Below are positions 46,783 to 60,364 of a stretch of DNA of 64,000 bases, one piece after another. This stretch comes from Lysobacterales bacterium (GTDB lineage Bacteria; Pseudomonadota; Gammaproteobacteria; Xanthomonadales; BPKI01). The stretch's first letter is position 1; each line of letters begins with the position of its first letter. A model generated the notes under the pieces. The model had not been told where the DNA came from, did no database searches, and saw only the letters and a program-made list of their open reading frames with translations. The stretch is from positions 486,843-550,842 of the forward strand of contig JAVQZZ010000001.1 in the NCBI GenBank assembly GCA_033582715.1, written 5' to 3'. A program made the position numbers and the translations under genes.

Positions 46783-47500
46783 ATGCGCCCGACGCTGCTC
46801 GCCCTCGCCCTCCTTCCCAGCCTGCTCCCCGGCCCGCTGCTCGCGGACGAGGAGAAGGTCCGCAGCGGGATCCGCTCGCTTGTCCCGGACGCCAGCATCG
46901 ACAGCGTGCGCCCCAGCCCGGTGCCCGGCCTCTACGAGGTCGTGGTCAGCGGTCAGGTGGTCTACGTCTCCGCCGACGGACGCTATCTCCTGCAGGGCGG
47001 CATCTTCGACATGGAGAAGCGCGAGGACCTGACCGAGCTCACCCGCGCCAGGATCCGCAGGGAGGCGCTTGGCCGCGGTGCCGGCCGAGCGGCGGATCGT
47101 GTTCGCGCCGAAGGAGCGCAAGCGCACGCTCACCGTCTTCACGGACATCGACTGCGGCTACTGCCGCCGGATGCATCAGCACATGGCGGAGTACAACGCC
47201 GCGGGCATCGCGATCGAGTACCTCTTCTTCCCGCGCGCCGGCATCGGCTCGCCCTCCTACGAGAAGGCGGTGAGCGTGTGGTGCAGCAGCGATCCGCGCG
47301 ACGCCCTCACCCGCGCCAAGGCCGGCGAGGAGATCCCCGCGCGCTCCTGCGACAATCCGGTGCTCGAGGACTTCGAGCTCGGCAAGCGCATCGGGATCAA
47401 CGGCACCCCGGCGGTGATCACCGAGGACGGGGTGCTGATCGGGGGCTATCTCACCCCCGAGCAGATGCTCGAGCGCCTCGCGCAGGCGGGCAAGCGCTGA
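46783..47500 (+). CDS. dsbC: Thiol:disulfide interchange protein DsbC; 1 frame break near 47060
   Basis: MRPTLLALALLPSLLPGPLLA (signal)...PVPGLYEVVVSGQVVYVSADGRYLLQGGIFD... | ...RTLTVFTDIDCGYCRRMHQ (CGYC active site)...GINGTPAVITEDG. Confidence 0.9.
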
Positions 47501-47523
47501 GGCGGAGGCGGGCGCGGACCCCG

Positions 47524-51354
<3,831 letters not shown>

Positions 51355-51363
51355 GCTGTCCCC

Positions 51364-52146
51364 ATGAGCACGGGGGCCGAGGCGTCGCGACTCGAGGCGC
51401 GGCAGGCGGAGCGGCGAGCGGCCGACCCGCCGGTGTCGCTGCGGCAGTTCTTCCTGCTCGGGCTGCTGTGGCTTCCGCTCATGTTCTTCCTCTGGTTCAG
51501 CCTGAGGAGCCCGGTGGTCTACCCGGTGACCCGCGCCGTGTCCTGGCTGAGCGAGGCGCTGCTGCCGGGGCTGGTCACCGACGTGGCGCAGGATTTCCAT
51601 CGCGTCACCTACGCCTTCGTCGTGCCGATCGCGGGCGCTCCGGGGCTCCCGGGCGACCGGCTGCTGATCGAGCAGCAGTCGACGAACGTCCTCATGTACT
51701 GCTGGGGGCTGCCGCTGCTCTTCGGCCTGATCATGGCGACCCCGCTCACCTGGCGGCGGACCTTCCTGCAGATGGCCATCGGCCTGCTGGTGCTGCTCCC
51801 GGTGCAGGTCTTCGGCGTCTTCGGGGACATCCTCAAGACCCTCGCCTTCGGCGTGCGCGCGGCGGTGGAGACCGGGCTCGCGGAGAGCGGCCATGCCGCG
51901 CTCGCCCCGGCGGCGGCCGCAGCGGCGGAGGCGGCGGTGCATGGCGCGCTGCGCGAGCGCTTCGGCAGCCTCGAGCTGATCGCGCTGCTCTACCAGTTCG
52001 GCTACCTGATCCTGCCGGCGGTGGTGCCGGCCGCGCTGTGGCTGCTCATGAACCGGCGCTTCCTCGAGCAGCTGGTCGGATGGAAGGAACTCGGGCACCG
52101 TACGGGCGGTCGGAGCGGTGACTCTCCCAACCCTGCCGCATCCTGA
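51364..52146 (+). CDS. Conserved-looking polytopic membrane protein of unknown function (260 aa)
   Basis: Intact ORF with ~5 hydrophobic segments ([80 protein letters not shown]). Starts 10 nt after purL and ends 97 nt before gspE, on the same strand. Confidence 0.55.
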   Translation: MSTGAEASRLEARQAERRAADPPVSLRQFFLLGLLWLPLMFFLWFSLRSPVVYPVTRAVSWLSEALLPGLVTDVAQDFHRVTYAFVVPIAGAPGLPGDRLLIEQQSTNVLMYCWGLPLLFGLIMATPLTWRRTFLQMAIGLLVLLPVQVFGVFGDILKTLAFGVRAAVETGLAESGHAALAPAAAAAAEAAVHGALRERFGSLELIALLYQFGYLILPAVVPAALWLLMNRRFLEQLVGWKELGHRTGGRSGDSPNPAAS

Positions 52147-52242
52147 GGACGCGCGAATGGCCGTCGGAGCGCGCGAGGCCGTGCACCGCCCGAGCGAGCG
52201 CGAGGAAGCGCTCGGTCGGCTACTTGGTGAGCGAGCGGGCGG

Positions 52243-53876
52243 ATGAAGGAAGCGGATCTGGCGCGGGCGCGGCGGATCCACGAGGAGTCGGGCGGGAGCT
52301 TCGCGGCGCTCATCGCGAGGCTGGGGCTTGCCTCGGAGCGCGACGTCGCCGAGGCCATCGCCGAGCTCACCGGCGCGCCCCTGGTGCTGGCGCGGGACTG
52401 CCCCGAGCAGCCGCCGCCGCTGCAGCTCCCCGTGCGCTTCCTGCGCCAGTTCCGGGTGGTCCCCTACCGCGACCACGAGCACGAGGTGGAGGCGCTGTTC
52501 GCCGATCCGCTCGACCCTTATCCGGCACGGGCGCTCGCCCTCGCGCTGGGCAAGCCGGTGACGGTCCGGGTCGGGCTCCCCGGCGAGATCGAGGACCTGA
52601 TCGAGCGCTACTTCGGGAGCGGCCGCAGCGCGATGGGCACCATCGTCGAGAGCCTGGGCGAGGAGGGGCCGCCGCCGAGGAGGACGTCGAGCACCTGCGG
52701 GACCTGGCCAGCGAGGCACCGGTGATCCGGCTGGTGAACCTGATCATCCAGCGTGCGGTCGAGCAGCGGGCCTCGGACATCCACATCGAGCCCTTCGAGA
52801 ACCGGCTCAAGGTGCGCTACCGGATCGACGGCGTGCTGCAGGAGGTGGAGGCGCCCCCGGCGAGCTCGACCGCGGCGGTGATCTCGCGGGTCAAGATCAT
52901 GGCCAAGCTCAACATCGCCGAGCGCCGGCTGCCGCAGGACGGGCGGATCATGGTGCGGGTGCAGGGCAAGGAGCTCGACCTGCGCGTCTCGACCGTGCCC
53001 ACGGCGCACGGCGAGAGCGTGGTGATGCGCCTGCTCGACCGCGAGTCGGTGGTCTTCGACTTCCACCGCCTCGGCTTCACCGACGACCTGCTCCGGCGCT
53101 TCCTCGCCGTCCTCGACCGCCCGCACGGGATCCTGCTGGTCACCGGCCCCACCGGCTCGGGCAAGACCACCACCCTCTACACTGCCCTGTCGCGGCTCAA
53201 CACCCCGGACGTCAAGATCATCACCGTCGAGGATCCGGTCGAGTACCAGCTCGAGGGCATCAACCAGATCCAGGTCAAGCCCCAGATCGGCCTCGACTTC
53301 GCGCACGCGCTGCGCTCGATCGTGCGCCAGGACCCCGACATCATCATGATCGGCGAGATGCGCGACCTCGAGACCGCGCGCATCGCGATCCAGTCGGCGC
53401 TCACCGGGCATCTCGTGCTCTCCACCCTGCACACCAACGATGCCGCCGGCGGGGTCACCCGCCTGCTCGACATGGGGGTCGAGGACTATCTGCTGAGCTC
53501 GACCGTGAACGGCATCCTCGCCCAGCGCCTGGTGCGCAAGATCGAGCCCACCCACGCCGAGCGCCACGAGGCGCTCCCCGAGGTGATCGAGGAGTTCGGG
53601 CTGCGCCGCTTCCAGCCCGAGGGGCCGATCCATCTCTTCCGCCCCGTTCCCTCCGAGCTCACCGCCACCGGGTATCTCGGGCGGACCATCATCGCCGAGT
53701 TCCTGGTGATGTCGGATGCCATCCGCCGGCTGGTCATGCAGCGCGCCGAGGCCGGACGCATCGCCGAGCAGGCGCGGGCGGAGGGGATGCTCACCATGTA
53801 CGAGGACGGCCTGCGCAAGGCGCTCGCGGGCATCACCACCATCGAGGAGGTGCTCCGGGTGACGCAGGAGGCCTGA
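52243..53876 (+). CDS. gspE: Type II secretion ATPase GspE; 1 frame break (-1 type, in a G run near 52665)
   Basis: N-terminal T2SSE_N-like domain (...[12 protein letters not shown]...), then DIHIEP...RYRIDGVL..., Walker [36 protein letters not shown]. Confidence 0.93.
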
Positions 53877-53882
53877 GCGGAG

Positions 53883-55102
53883 ATGGCGCTGTTCCACTAC
53901 CAGGCGCTCACCCCGGCGGGCGAGCCGCAGAGCGGCCAGATGGAGGCCGCCTCGCTCGAGGAGGTGGTGACGCGGCTGCAGGACCAGGGCCACGTCGTGC
54001 TGCGCGCCGTTCCCGCCGAGGGCGGCTGCGCGGCCGCAGCCCGCTCGCCCGGCTCTTCGAGCGGCGCGCCCTCGGTGCCCAGGAGATCCTCCAGTTCACC
54101 GAGCAGCTGGCGGTGCTGCTGGCGGCGGGGCAGCCGCTCGACCGGGCGCTGTCGGTCCTGCTCGAGCTGCCGGAGACCGAGGCGGCGCGGCGGGTGATCG
54201 AGAGGATCCGCGAGGCGGTGCGGGGCGGCGCGAGCCTCTCCGAGGCGCTGGAGCGCCAGCACGGGGTGTTCTCGCGCCTCTACGTGAACATGGTGCGCGC
54301 GGGGGAGGTCGGCGGTGCTCTCGACCCGACGCTGCGCCGCCTCGCCAGCTACCTCGCCCGCCAGGCGGCGCTGCGCCAGCAGGTGATCAGCGCCTCGATC
54401 TATCCCGCGATCCTGCTGGCCCTGGTCTTCGCCGCGGTCGGAGTGCTGGTGGGCTACGTGGTGCCGCGCTTCATCCCCATCTTCGCCGGCATGGGCCAGG
54501 AGCTGCCCCTGGTGACCCGCCTGGTGCTGGGCTTCGGGGTCTTCGTCCAGCGCTGGTGGTGGCTCGGGCTGCTCGCGCTCGGCGGCGGCATCTACCTCGG
54601 GGCGCGGCTGCTGGCCGATCCCGCGCGCCGGCTGGCCTTCGACCGCTGGCTGCTGCGGCGCGGCCGCCTCGGGCTGCTGATCGCGCGGATCGAGACCGCG
54701 CGCATCGCCCACACCCTCGGCACCCTGGTCCACAGCGGCGTGCCGCTGCTCGCCTCGCTGGCGGTGGCGAGGAACGTGGCGCGCAACAGCGCGCTCGCCG
54801 CCGCCCTCGGCGAGGCGGCCGCCGAGGTCAAGGAGGGCGCGAGCCTCTCCTGGGCCCTCGGCCGGACCCGCCTGTTCCCGCGGCTCGCGGTGCAGATGAT
54901 CCAGGTCGGCGAGGAGTCCGGCGAGCTGCCGCCGATGCTGGAGCGCCTCGCCGACACCTTCGAGCAGCAGGCGCGCACCGAGATCGACCGGCTGATCGCC
55001 GCCCTGGTGCCCGCCCTCACGGTGGCGATGACGCTGGTCGTGGCGCTGATCATGATGGCGATCCTGATTCCGATCCTGAACCTCTCGGCGAACTTCGGAT
55101 GA
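53883..55102 (+). CDS. gspF: Type II secretion inner-membrane platform protein GspF; 1 frame break (-1 type near 54022)
   Basis: MALFHYQALTPAGEPQSGQMEAASLEEVVTRLQDQGHVVL | ...ILQFTEQLAVLLAAGQPLDRAL...VNMVRAGEVGGALD...MIQVGEESGELPPMLERLADTFE is the duplicated T2SF domain pattern. Confidence 0.92.
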
Positions 55103-55533
55103 GCAATCCCATGTCCCGCAAGGTGCGTCCTCCCGGCCGGGCCACCGGCATGACCCTGATCGAGATCCTGGCGGTGATCGTGCTGATCGGGATCGTGATG
55201 GCGGTGGTGGCGCAGCAGGTCTTCCAGCGGGTGGAGACCGGCAAGTTCAACGCCGCCAAGGCCCAGCTGCAGTCGCTGTCGATGAAGATCGAGGCCTATG
55301 CGCTCGACAACGGTCGCCCGCCCGAGCGCCTCGAGGACCTGGTGCGGCGGCCGCCGCAGGCGCGCAACTGGAACGGCCCCTACGCCCGTGAGTCCGATCT
55401 GCGCGACCCCTGGGGCAACGAGTTCGTCTATCGCGTCCCCGGCGAGCGCGGACCCTTCGACCTGAGCTCCCTCGGGGCCGACGGCCGCGCCGGCGGAGAG
55501 GGTCATGCCCGCGATCTCGGCAACTGGGAGTAG
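55099..55533 (+). CDS. gspG: Major pseudopilin GspG
   Basis: ATGA overlap with gspF. Prepilin motif GMTLIEILAVIVLIGIV, ...KAQLQSLSMKIEAYALDNGRPPERLEDLV...NWNGPY...DPWGNEFVYRVPGERGPFDLSSLGADG. Intact. Confidence 0.93.
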   Translation: MSNPMSRKVRPPGRATGMTLIEILAVIVLIGIVMAVVAQQVFQRVETGKFNAAKAQLQSLSMKIEAYALDNGRPPERLEDLVRRPPQARNWNGPYARESDLRDPWGNEFVYRVPGERGPFDLSSLGADGRAGGEGHARDLGNWE

Positions 55534-55969
55534 CCGGGGCTTCACCCTGGTCGAGCTGGTCGCCGTGCTGCTCCTGGTGGCGATCGGCTTCGCGACCGTG
55601 GCCTGGGGGCTCGCCGGCCAGCTCGAGGGTCGCCGCGTGCGCGCCGCGGCCCAGGAGCTGGTCGCCGCGCTGCGTCACACCCGCGCCCAGGCGATCCATC
55701 GCGGCGAGTCGCTGGCGCTGGAGCTCGACCTCGGGGCGCGCCGCTACCGCGTGCCGGGGCGCGAGCCGGTGGCCCTGCCCGAGGGGATGGAGCTCAGGAT
55801 GCTCACCGCGCGCAGCGAGCAGATCGACCGCGAGCGCGGGCGGATCCGCTTCTACCGCGACGGCAGCTCGACGGGCGGCAACATCGGCCTGATCCACGGC
55901 GAGCGCGAGTGGCGCATCGAGGTTGCCTGGCTGACCGGCGAGGTGACGCTGCGGGAGACGGCGCGGTGA
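55505..55969 (+). CDS. gspH: Minor pseudopilin GspH
   Basis: RGFTLVELVAVLLLVAI prepilin motif, ...AAAQELVAALRHTRAQAI...RIRFYRDGSSTGGNI. Intact. Confidence 0.8.
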   Translation: MPAISATGSSRGFTLVELVAVLLLVAIGFATVAWGLAGQLEGRRVRAAAQELVAALRHTRAQAIHRGESLALELDLGARRYRVPGREPVALPEGMELRMLTARSEQIDRERGRIRFYRDGSSTGGNIGLIHGEREWRIEVAWLTGEVTLRETAR

Positions 55970-56346
55970 GGGAGCGCGGCTTCACCCTGATCGAGATCGT
56001 CGCCGCGCTGTTCCTGCTCGCGCTCGGCTTCGGTCTCCTCCTCCAGACCCTGGCGGCGGGGCTCGCCCTCGCCCGGCGCGGGGCCGAGGAGAGCGAGCTC
56101 GCCCTGGTCGCCCAGAGCCTGCTCGACCGGCTCGGCGCGGACTTCCCGCTCGAGCCCGGGGAGCTGAGGGGCGAGCTCGGCGAGAGCCTGCGCTACCGGC
56201 TGGAGATGCGGGAGGAGACGCCGCCCGGAGGGGGAGAGGTCGCCGCCCATCCCCTGGTGCTGCTCCGGGTCCGCCTCGAGCTCTCGCCCCGCACGGGGGC
56301 GGGGGCGGTGTTCGAGACCCTGCGCGTGGCGCCGAGGCGCTCATGA
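55966..56346 (+). CDS. gspI: Minor pseudopilin GspI
   Basis: GTG start overlapping the gspH stop (GTGA). VRERGFTLIEIVAALFLLALGFG. About 126 aa, in the position expected between H and J. Confidence 0.75.
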   Translation: MRERGFTLIEIVAALFLLALGFGLLLQTLAAGLALARRGAEESELALVAQSLLDRLGADFPLEPGELRGELGESLRYRLEMREETPPGGGEVAAHPLVLLRVRLELSPRTGAGAVFETLRVAPRRS

Positions 56347-57038
56347 GCGCGCGCGGCTTCACGCTGGTCGAGCTGGTCGCGGCGCTGACCCTGTTCGCGC
56401 TGCTCGCCGCGATCGCCTTCGGCACCATGGGCGGCGCGGTGCGCGCCGCCGCCGGCGGCGAGCGGCTCGCCGCGGCCAGCGAGCGCGTCCGGGTGACGCA
56501 GCAGTTCCTGCGCCGGCAGATCGGATTTGCGCTGCCGCTGCCCTTCGCCGCCGATGCCGCGACCGGCTCGCCGATCGTCTTCCGGGGCGATCGGGAGGCG
56601 ATGGAGTTCGTCGCCCAGATGCCGGGGCACCTCGGGGAGGGCGGCCCGCGCCGGCAGCGGCTCGCGCTCGAGCGGGTGGGCCGCGGGCTGGCGCTCACCT
56701 TTCGCTTCATGCCGCTGACGCCGCTCGACCCCTCGAAGGAGATCGAGGACGAGGAGCCGGTGGTGCTCCTCGCCGGCCTGCGCGGCGGGCGGTTCCGCTA
56801 CCGCGGCCTGGACGATGGGCTGGAGCCCGGCGAGTGGAGCGAGGAGTGGCAGGATCACGCCCGGCCCCCGCTGTGGGTGGCGGTCGAGCTCGAGCTGGCC
56901 GAGGAGGAGCCGGTGTCCTGGCCGGAGCTGGTGGTGGCGCTCCAGGTCGACGGGGTGGTGGGCGGCCTCTTCCTCTTCGGTCCGAGCCCGGGCGGCGTCG
57001 ACTTCGGTCCGCGACCGGGCGGGGGAGGGGCGCCGTGA
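56343..57038 (+). CDS. gspJ: Minor pseudopilin GspJ
   Basis: ATGA overlap. MSARGFTLVELVAALTLFALLAAIAF...RVTQQFLRRQI. 231 aa, intact. Confidence 0.75.
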   Translation: MSARGFTLVELVAALTLFALLAAIAFGTMGGAVRAAAGGERLAAASERVRVTQQFLRRQIGFALPLPFAADAATGSPIVFRGDREAMEFVAQMPGHLGEGGPRRQRLALERVGRGLALTFRFMPLTPLDPSKEIEDEEPVVLLAGLRGGRFRYRGLDDGLEPGEWSEEWQDHARPPLWVAVELELAEEEPVSWPELVVALQVDGVVGGLFLFGPSPGGVDFGPRPGGGGAP

Positions 57039-57935
57039 GCCCTCCTCGGCGCGCGCGCGGCGTCGCGCTGTTCGTGGTGGTCTTCGCCACCGCGCTGCTG
57101 GCGGTGGCGCTCGGCGGCTTCGTGCTGCTCGCGCGCACCGAGGGCCTGCTCGCGCGGCATCATCTCGACACGGTGCGCGCCCGGCTGGCGGCCGAGGCGG
57201 GACTCCACCATGCCGTCTACATGCTGTCGCAGCTCGAGCCGCAGGGCGCGCTGGATCGGGGACGGCCGCGAGTACGCGCTCGACTTCGACGGCATCAGGC
57301 TCGAGATCGCGCTCACCGACGAGAGCGGAAAGATCGACCTCAACACCGCCGACGAGGTCGTCCTCAAGTCGCTGTTCGCGCGCACGGGAGGACTGCCCGA
57401 GGACGAGGCCGCGGCGCTCGCGGACGCCGTCCTCGACTGGCGCGACGAGGACGATCTGGTGCGCGCGAACGGGGCGGAGCGCGACGACTACCGCGCGGCC
57501 GGGCTCCCGTACCGCCCGAGCAACCGCGCCTTTGCCACCGAAGAGGAGCTGCTGCAGGTGCTGGGAATGAGCTACGAGCTCTTCCGGAGGATCGAGCCGG
57601 CGCTCACGGTGCACTCGGGGATGGGGCAGCCCAATCCCGCCGCGGCGCCCCTCGAGGCCCTGATGGTCTATCCCGGAATGACCGAGGAGCTCGCGCGCGC
57701 CATCATCGCGCAGCGCCAGCAGGCGGGGCCGGAGATGCTCGGACAGGCGGTGGCCCAGCTTCCGGACGGCACCGCGGTGATCGCCCAGGTCGGAGGGCTC
57801 ACGTATAGTATCCGCGTCCGCGCGGTTCTCCCGACCGGCGCCTCCCGCGAGTTCCACGCCACCATCCGGCTCGGCATGCAGGCGCGAGCCGGGCGCCCCT
57901 TCCACGTGCTGCGCTTCCGCGAGGGCGACATCTGA
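57035..57935 (+). CDS. gspK: Minor pseudopilin GspK; 1 frame break near 57250
   Basis: GTGA overlap. VSPPRRARGVALFVVVFATALLAVAL... | ...LEIALTDESGKIDLNTADEVVLKSLF...AVLDWRDEDD...GAERDDYRAAGLPYRPSNRAFATEEELLQVLGM is the GspK signature. Confidence 0.85.
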
Positions 57936-57938
57936 GCC

Positions 57939-59080
57939 ATGGCGATCGCCGAGGACATCGAGCGTCTCACCGCGCGCCTCCGGGTGCGCTACCTGCGCTC
58001 GCCCCTGCCCCGCTTCCTCGCCTGGTGGCTCGGCGAGCTCAGGGGGCTGCTCCCGAGGCGCTGGCGCGAGGCGCTCGAGCGGAGGCCACGGGCGCTGTAC
58101 CTCGTGGTCGAGGAGGAGGACCCTGGTGCTGCGGCATCCCGACGGGCGCGAGCTCGGCGCCATCGCCCTCGAGCTGCCGCCCGCGGAGCGGCGGCTGGTG
58201 GCGGCGGAGCGCCTAGCTGCCCTCGGCACCGATCCGCCCCCGCTGATCCTCTGCGTCCCCGAGGCGCGTGCGCTGTGCCGGCGTCTCGGCTTCCCGCTCG
58301 CGGTCGAGGAGAACCTCGAGCAGGCGCTGGTCTACGAGATCGACCGCCAGACGCCGTTCCGCGCCGAGGAGGTCTACCTCGACGCCCGCGTGCTCGAGCG
58401 GGACGAGGCCGCGCGCCAGATCGCGGTCGAGATGATCGTGGTGCCGCGCGCCTTCGCCGCGCCGGCGCTCGCCGCGGCGCGCGAGGCCGGGCTTCCGCTC
58501 TTCGGCCTCGATGCCCTCGACGAGGAGGGAAGGCCGCGCGGCTTCAACCTCCTGCCCCGCGGCGAACGGGTGCGTCCCCCCGATCCGCGCCGGAAGGTGA
58601 ATCTCGCGCTGGGGGCGGCGGCGATCGCGCTCGCGCTGCTCGCGATGCAGCTCTCGCTCGCCAACCGCGCCGAGGCGGTGCGCGCCCTGCGTGCCGAGGT
58701 CGAGAGGCTGCACCGCGAGGCGCGCGAGGTGGCGGCGCTGCGGGAGCGGCTGGAGCGGGCGGTCGCGGCGGCGGGCTTCCTCGCCGAGCGGCGGGCGGCG
58801 CAGCCGCCGGTGGTGCTGCTGCTCGACGAGCTCTCGCGGCTGCTTCCGGACGACACCTTCCTCGAGCACCTGAACCTGAGCAAGGGGGAGCTCGTGCTGC
58901 ATGGCTTCAGCTCGTCGGCGGCGGGGCTGATCGGCGCGCTCAGGGAGGCGCGCCATCTGGCGGAGCCCTCGTTCCAGGGGGCGATCCGCCCCGATCCCCG
59001 CTACGGGAAGGAGCGCTTCGAGCTGAAGGCCGCGACACGGATGCTCGGCGCGCGCCCCGCACGGGGAGGAGGGCGCATGA
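57939..59080 (+). CDS. gspL: GspL-like assembly protein with PilN-like TM and periplasmic half; about 2 frame breaks, 3' end inferred
   Basis: MAIAEDIERLTARLRVRYLRSPLPRFLAWWLGELRGLLP... | ...ENLEQALVYEIDRQTPFRAEEVYLD...FNLLPRGERV...KVNLALGAAAIALALLAMQL (TM)...coiled coil...LLLDELSRLLPDDTFLEHLNL. The predicted stop (GCATGA) overlaps the gspM ATG after GGAGGAGG. Confidence 0.65.
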
Positions 59081-59685
59081 GTCGCGACCGGCTGCTCGCG
59101 GTCCTGCTGCTGCTCGCGGCGCTCGGCCTGGTCTACCTGCTCGGCGTCCACTGGTGGTTCGTGGCCGGACACCGCGCGCTCGCGCGCGAGCTGGCCGATC
59201 TCGGCGAGCAGGCCGCGCGCTTCCGGGGACTGATCGCGCAGCGTCCGGAGATCGAGGCCCGGCTGGCCGAGGTCGAGGCGCTCGATGCCGCGAATCCGGG
59301 ATTCCTCCAGGATCCGAGCTTCGACCAGGCCAGCGCCACCCTGATCACCCGGCTGCGCCAGGCGACCGAGCGCCATGCGGGGCTGAGTCCGCAGGGCTGC
59401 ATGGTGCTCAGCAATCAGCCCATCCGCAGCCGCGAGGCCGAGGTCTTCCTGCGGGTGACCCTCAACGTGCAGATGCGCTGCGGACTCGAGGCCTTCGCCG
59501 CGGTGCTGCGGGAGCTCGAGGGCGGCTCGCCGATGCTGTTCGTCGACGAGCTCAGCATCTTCGCGCGCCGCTTCGGGCGACCGGTCGGGGGGGTGGCGCT
59601 GCCCCACCAGCCGCAGGACTTCATCGAGTACAACTTCGCGCTCTACGGCTATCTGCGACAGCCCGGAGGAGCCGATGCTCGCTGA
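59077..59685 (+). CDS. gspM: GspM-like inner-membrane protein
   Basis: MSRDRLLAVLLLLAALGLVYLLGVHWWF (TM), then ~170 periplasmic aa. The position after L and the size fit GspM. Read in frame with the L ORF in the track. Confidence 0.6.
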   Translation: MSRDRLLAVLLLLAALGLVYLLGVHWWFVAGHRALARELADLGEQAARFRGLIAQRPEIEARLAEVEALDAANPGFLQDPSFDQASATLITRLRQATERHAGLSPQGCMVLSNQPIRSREAEVFLRVTLNVQMRCGLEAFAAVLRELEGGSPMLFVDELSIFARRFGRPVGGVALPHQPQDFIEYNFALYGYLRQPGGADAR

Positions 59686-60364
59686 TCCTCGGCAGGCGGT
59701 CACGCTGTTCCTGGCGGCGCTGGTCGGGCTCCTCGGCCTGCTGGTGCTCGCCGAGCTCGCGGGGCTGGGCCGTTCCTACCGGCTGCCCGATCCCGCGCCC
59801 CCCGCGCCGCTCCCTGGCCTCGAGGCCGGGCGCGAGCCTCTCGACCTTCCGGCGGCGTCCGAGCTCGCGGCGATCACCGAGCGTCCGGTGTTCGAGCCCT
59901 CCCGCCGTCCGCCGGCGCCCGTCCAGGCGGCGGAGACGCCCCCGCCCGAGGCGCAGCCGGCGGTGCCGCCGCTCGATGTGCGGGTGACCGGGATCCTCGT
60001 CACCCCTGCGCTCCGGCTGGCGATGCTGCGTCCCGCGGGGGCCCAGGACTCGGTGGTGCTGCGCGAGGGCGCACCGCTTCCCGGCGATTTCGCGGCGTGG
60101 CGGATCGCCCGCATCCTGCCGCGCCGGGTCGAGTTCGAGGGGGCGGCCGGCGGGCCTCCGGCCACCGTGGAACTCGAGGTGGACCGCACGGTCCGAGCGT
60201 CCGCGCCGGGGCTGGCGACGGCGACCGTCGGCGAGGTGGTGCCGGCGCAGAACCCCGATCTCGAGGTCCAGCGGCGCGCCGAGGAAATCCGCCGCCGCAT
60301 CGAGGAGCGCCGGCGTCAGCTGCGCGAGGAAGCCGCCCGACTCGGAGGCCCCGAAAAGCAATGA
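59675..60364 (+). CDS. gspN: GspN / XpsN-type protein (GspC-equivalent, no PDZ recognised)
   Basis: MLADPRQAVTLFLAALVGLLGLLVLAEL (TM), Pro-rich linker, ...LDVRVTGILVTPALRLAMLRPAGAQDSVVLREGAPLPGD..WRIARILPRRVEFEG (HR-like beta domain). Sits directly before the secretin, as xpsN does in Xanthomonas. Confidence 0.55.
   Translation: MLADPRQAVTLFLAALVGLLGLLVLAELAGLGRSYRLPDPAPPAPLPGLEAGREPLDLPAASELAAITERPVFEPSRRPPAPVQAAETPPPEAQPAVPPLDVRVTGILVTPALRLAMLRPAGAQDSVVLREGAPLPGDFAAWRIARILPRRVEFEGAAGGPPATVELEVDRTVRASAPGLATATVGEVVPAQNPDLEVQRRAEEIRRRIEERRRQLREEAARLGGPEKQ

Noticed and set aside
58126-59685. GspL-GspM fusion ORF of 519 aa.
   Set aside because: GGAGGAGG-n5-ATGA at 59066-59080 is a typical coupled stop/start. 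The upstream frame has evidently been shifted by an insertion, so L and M are more likely separate genes.
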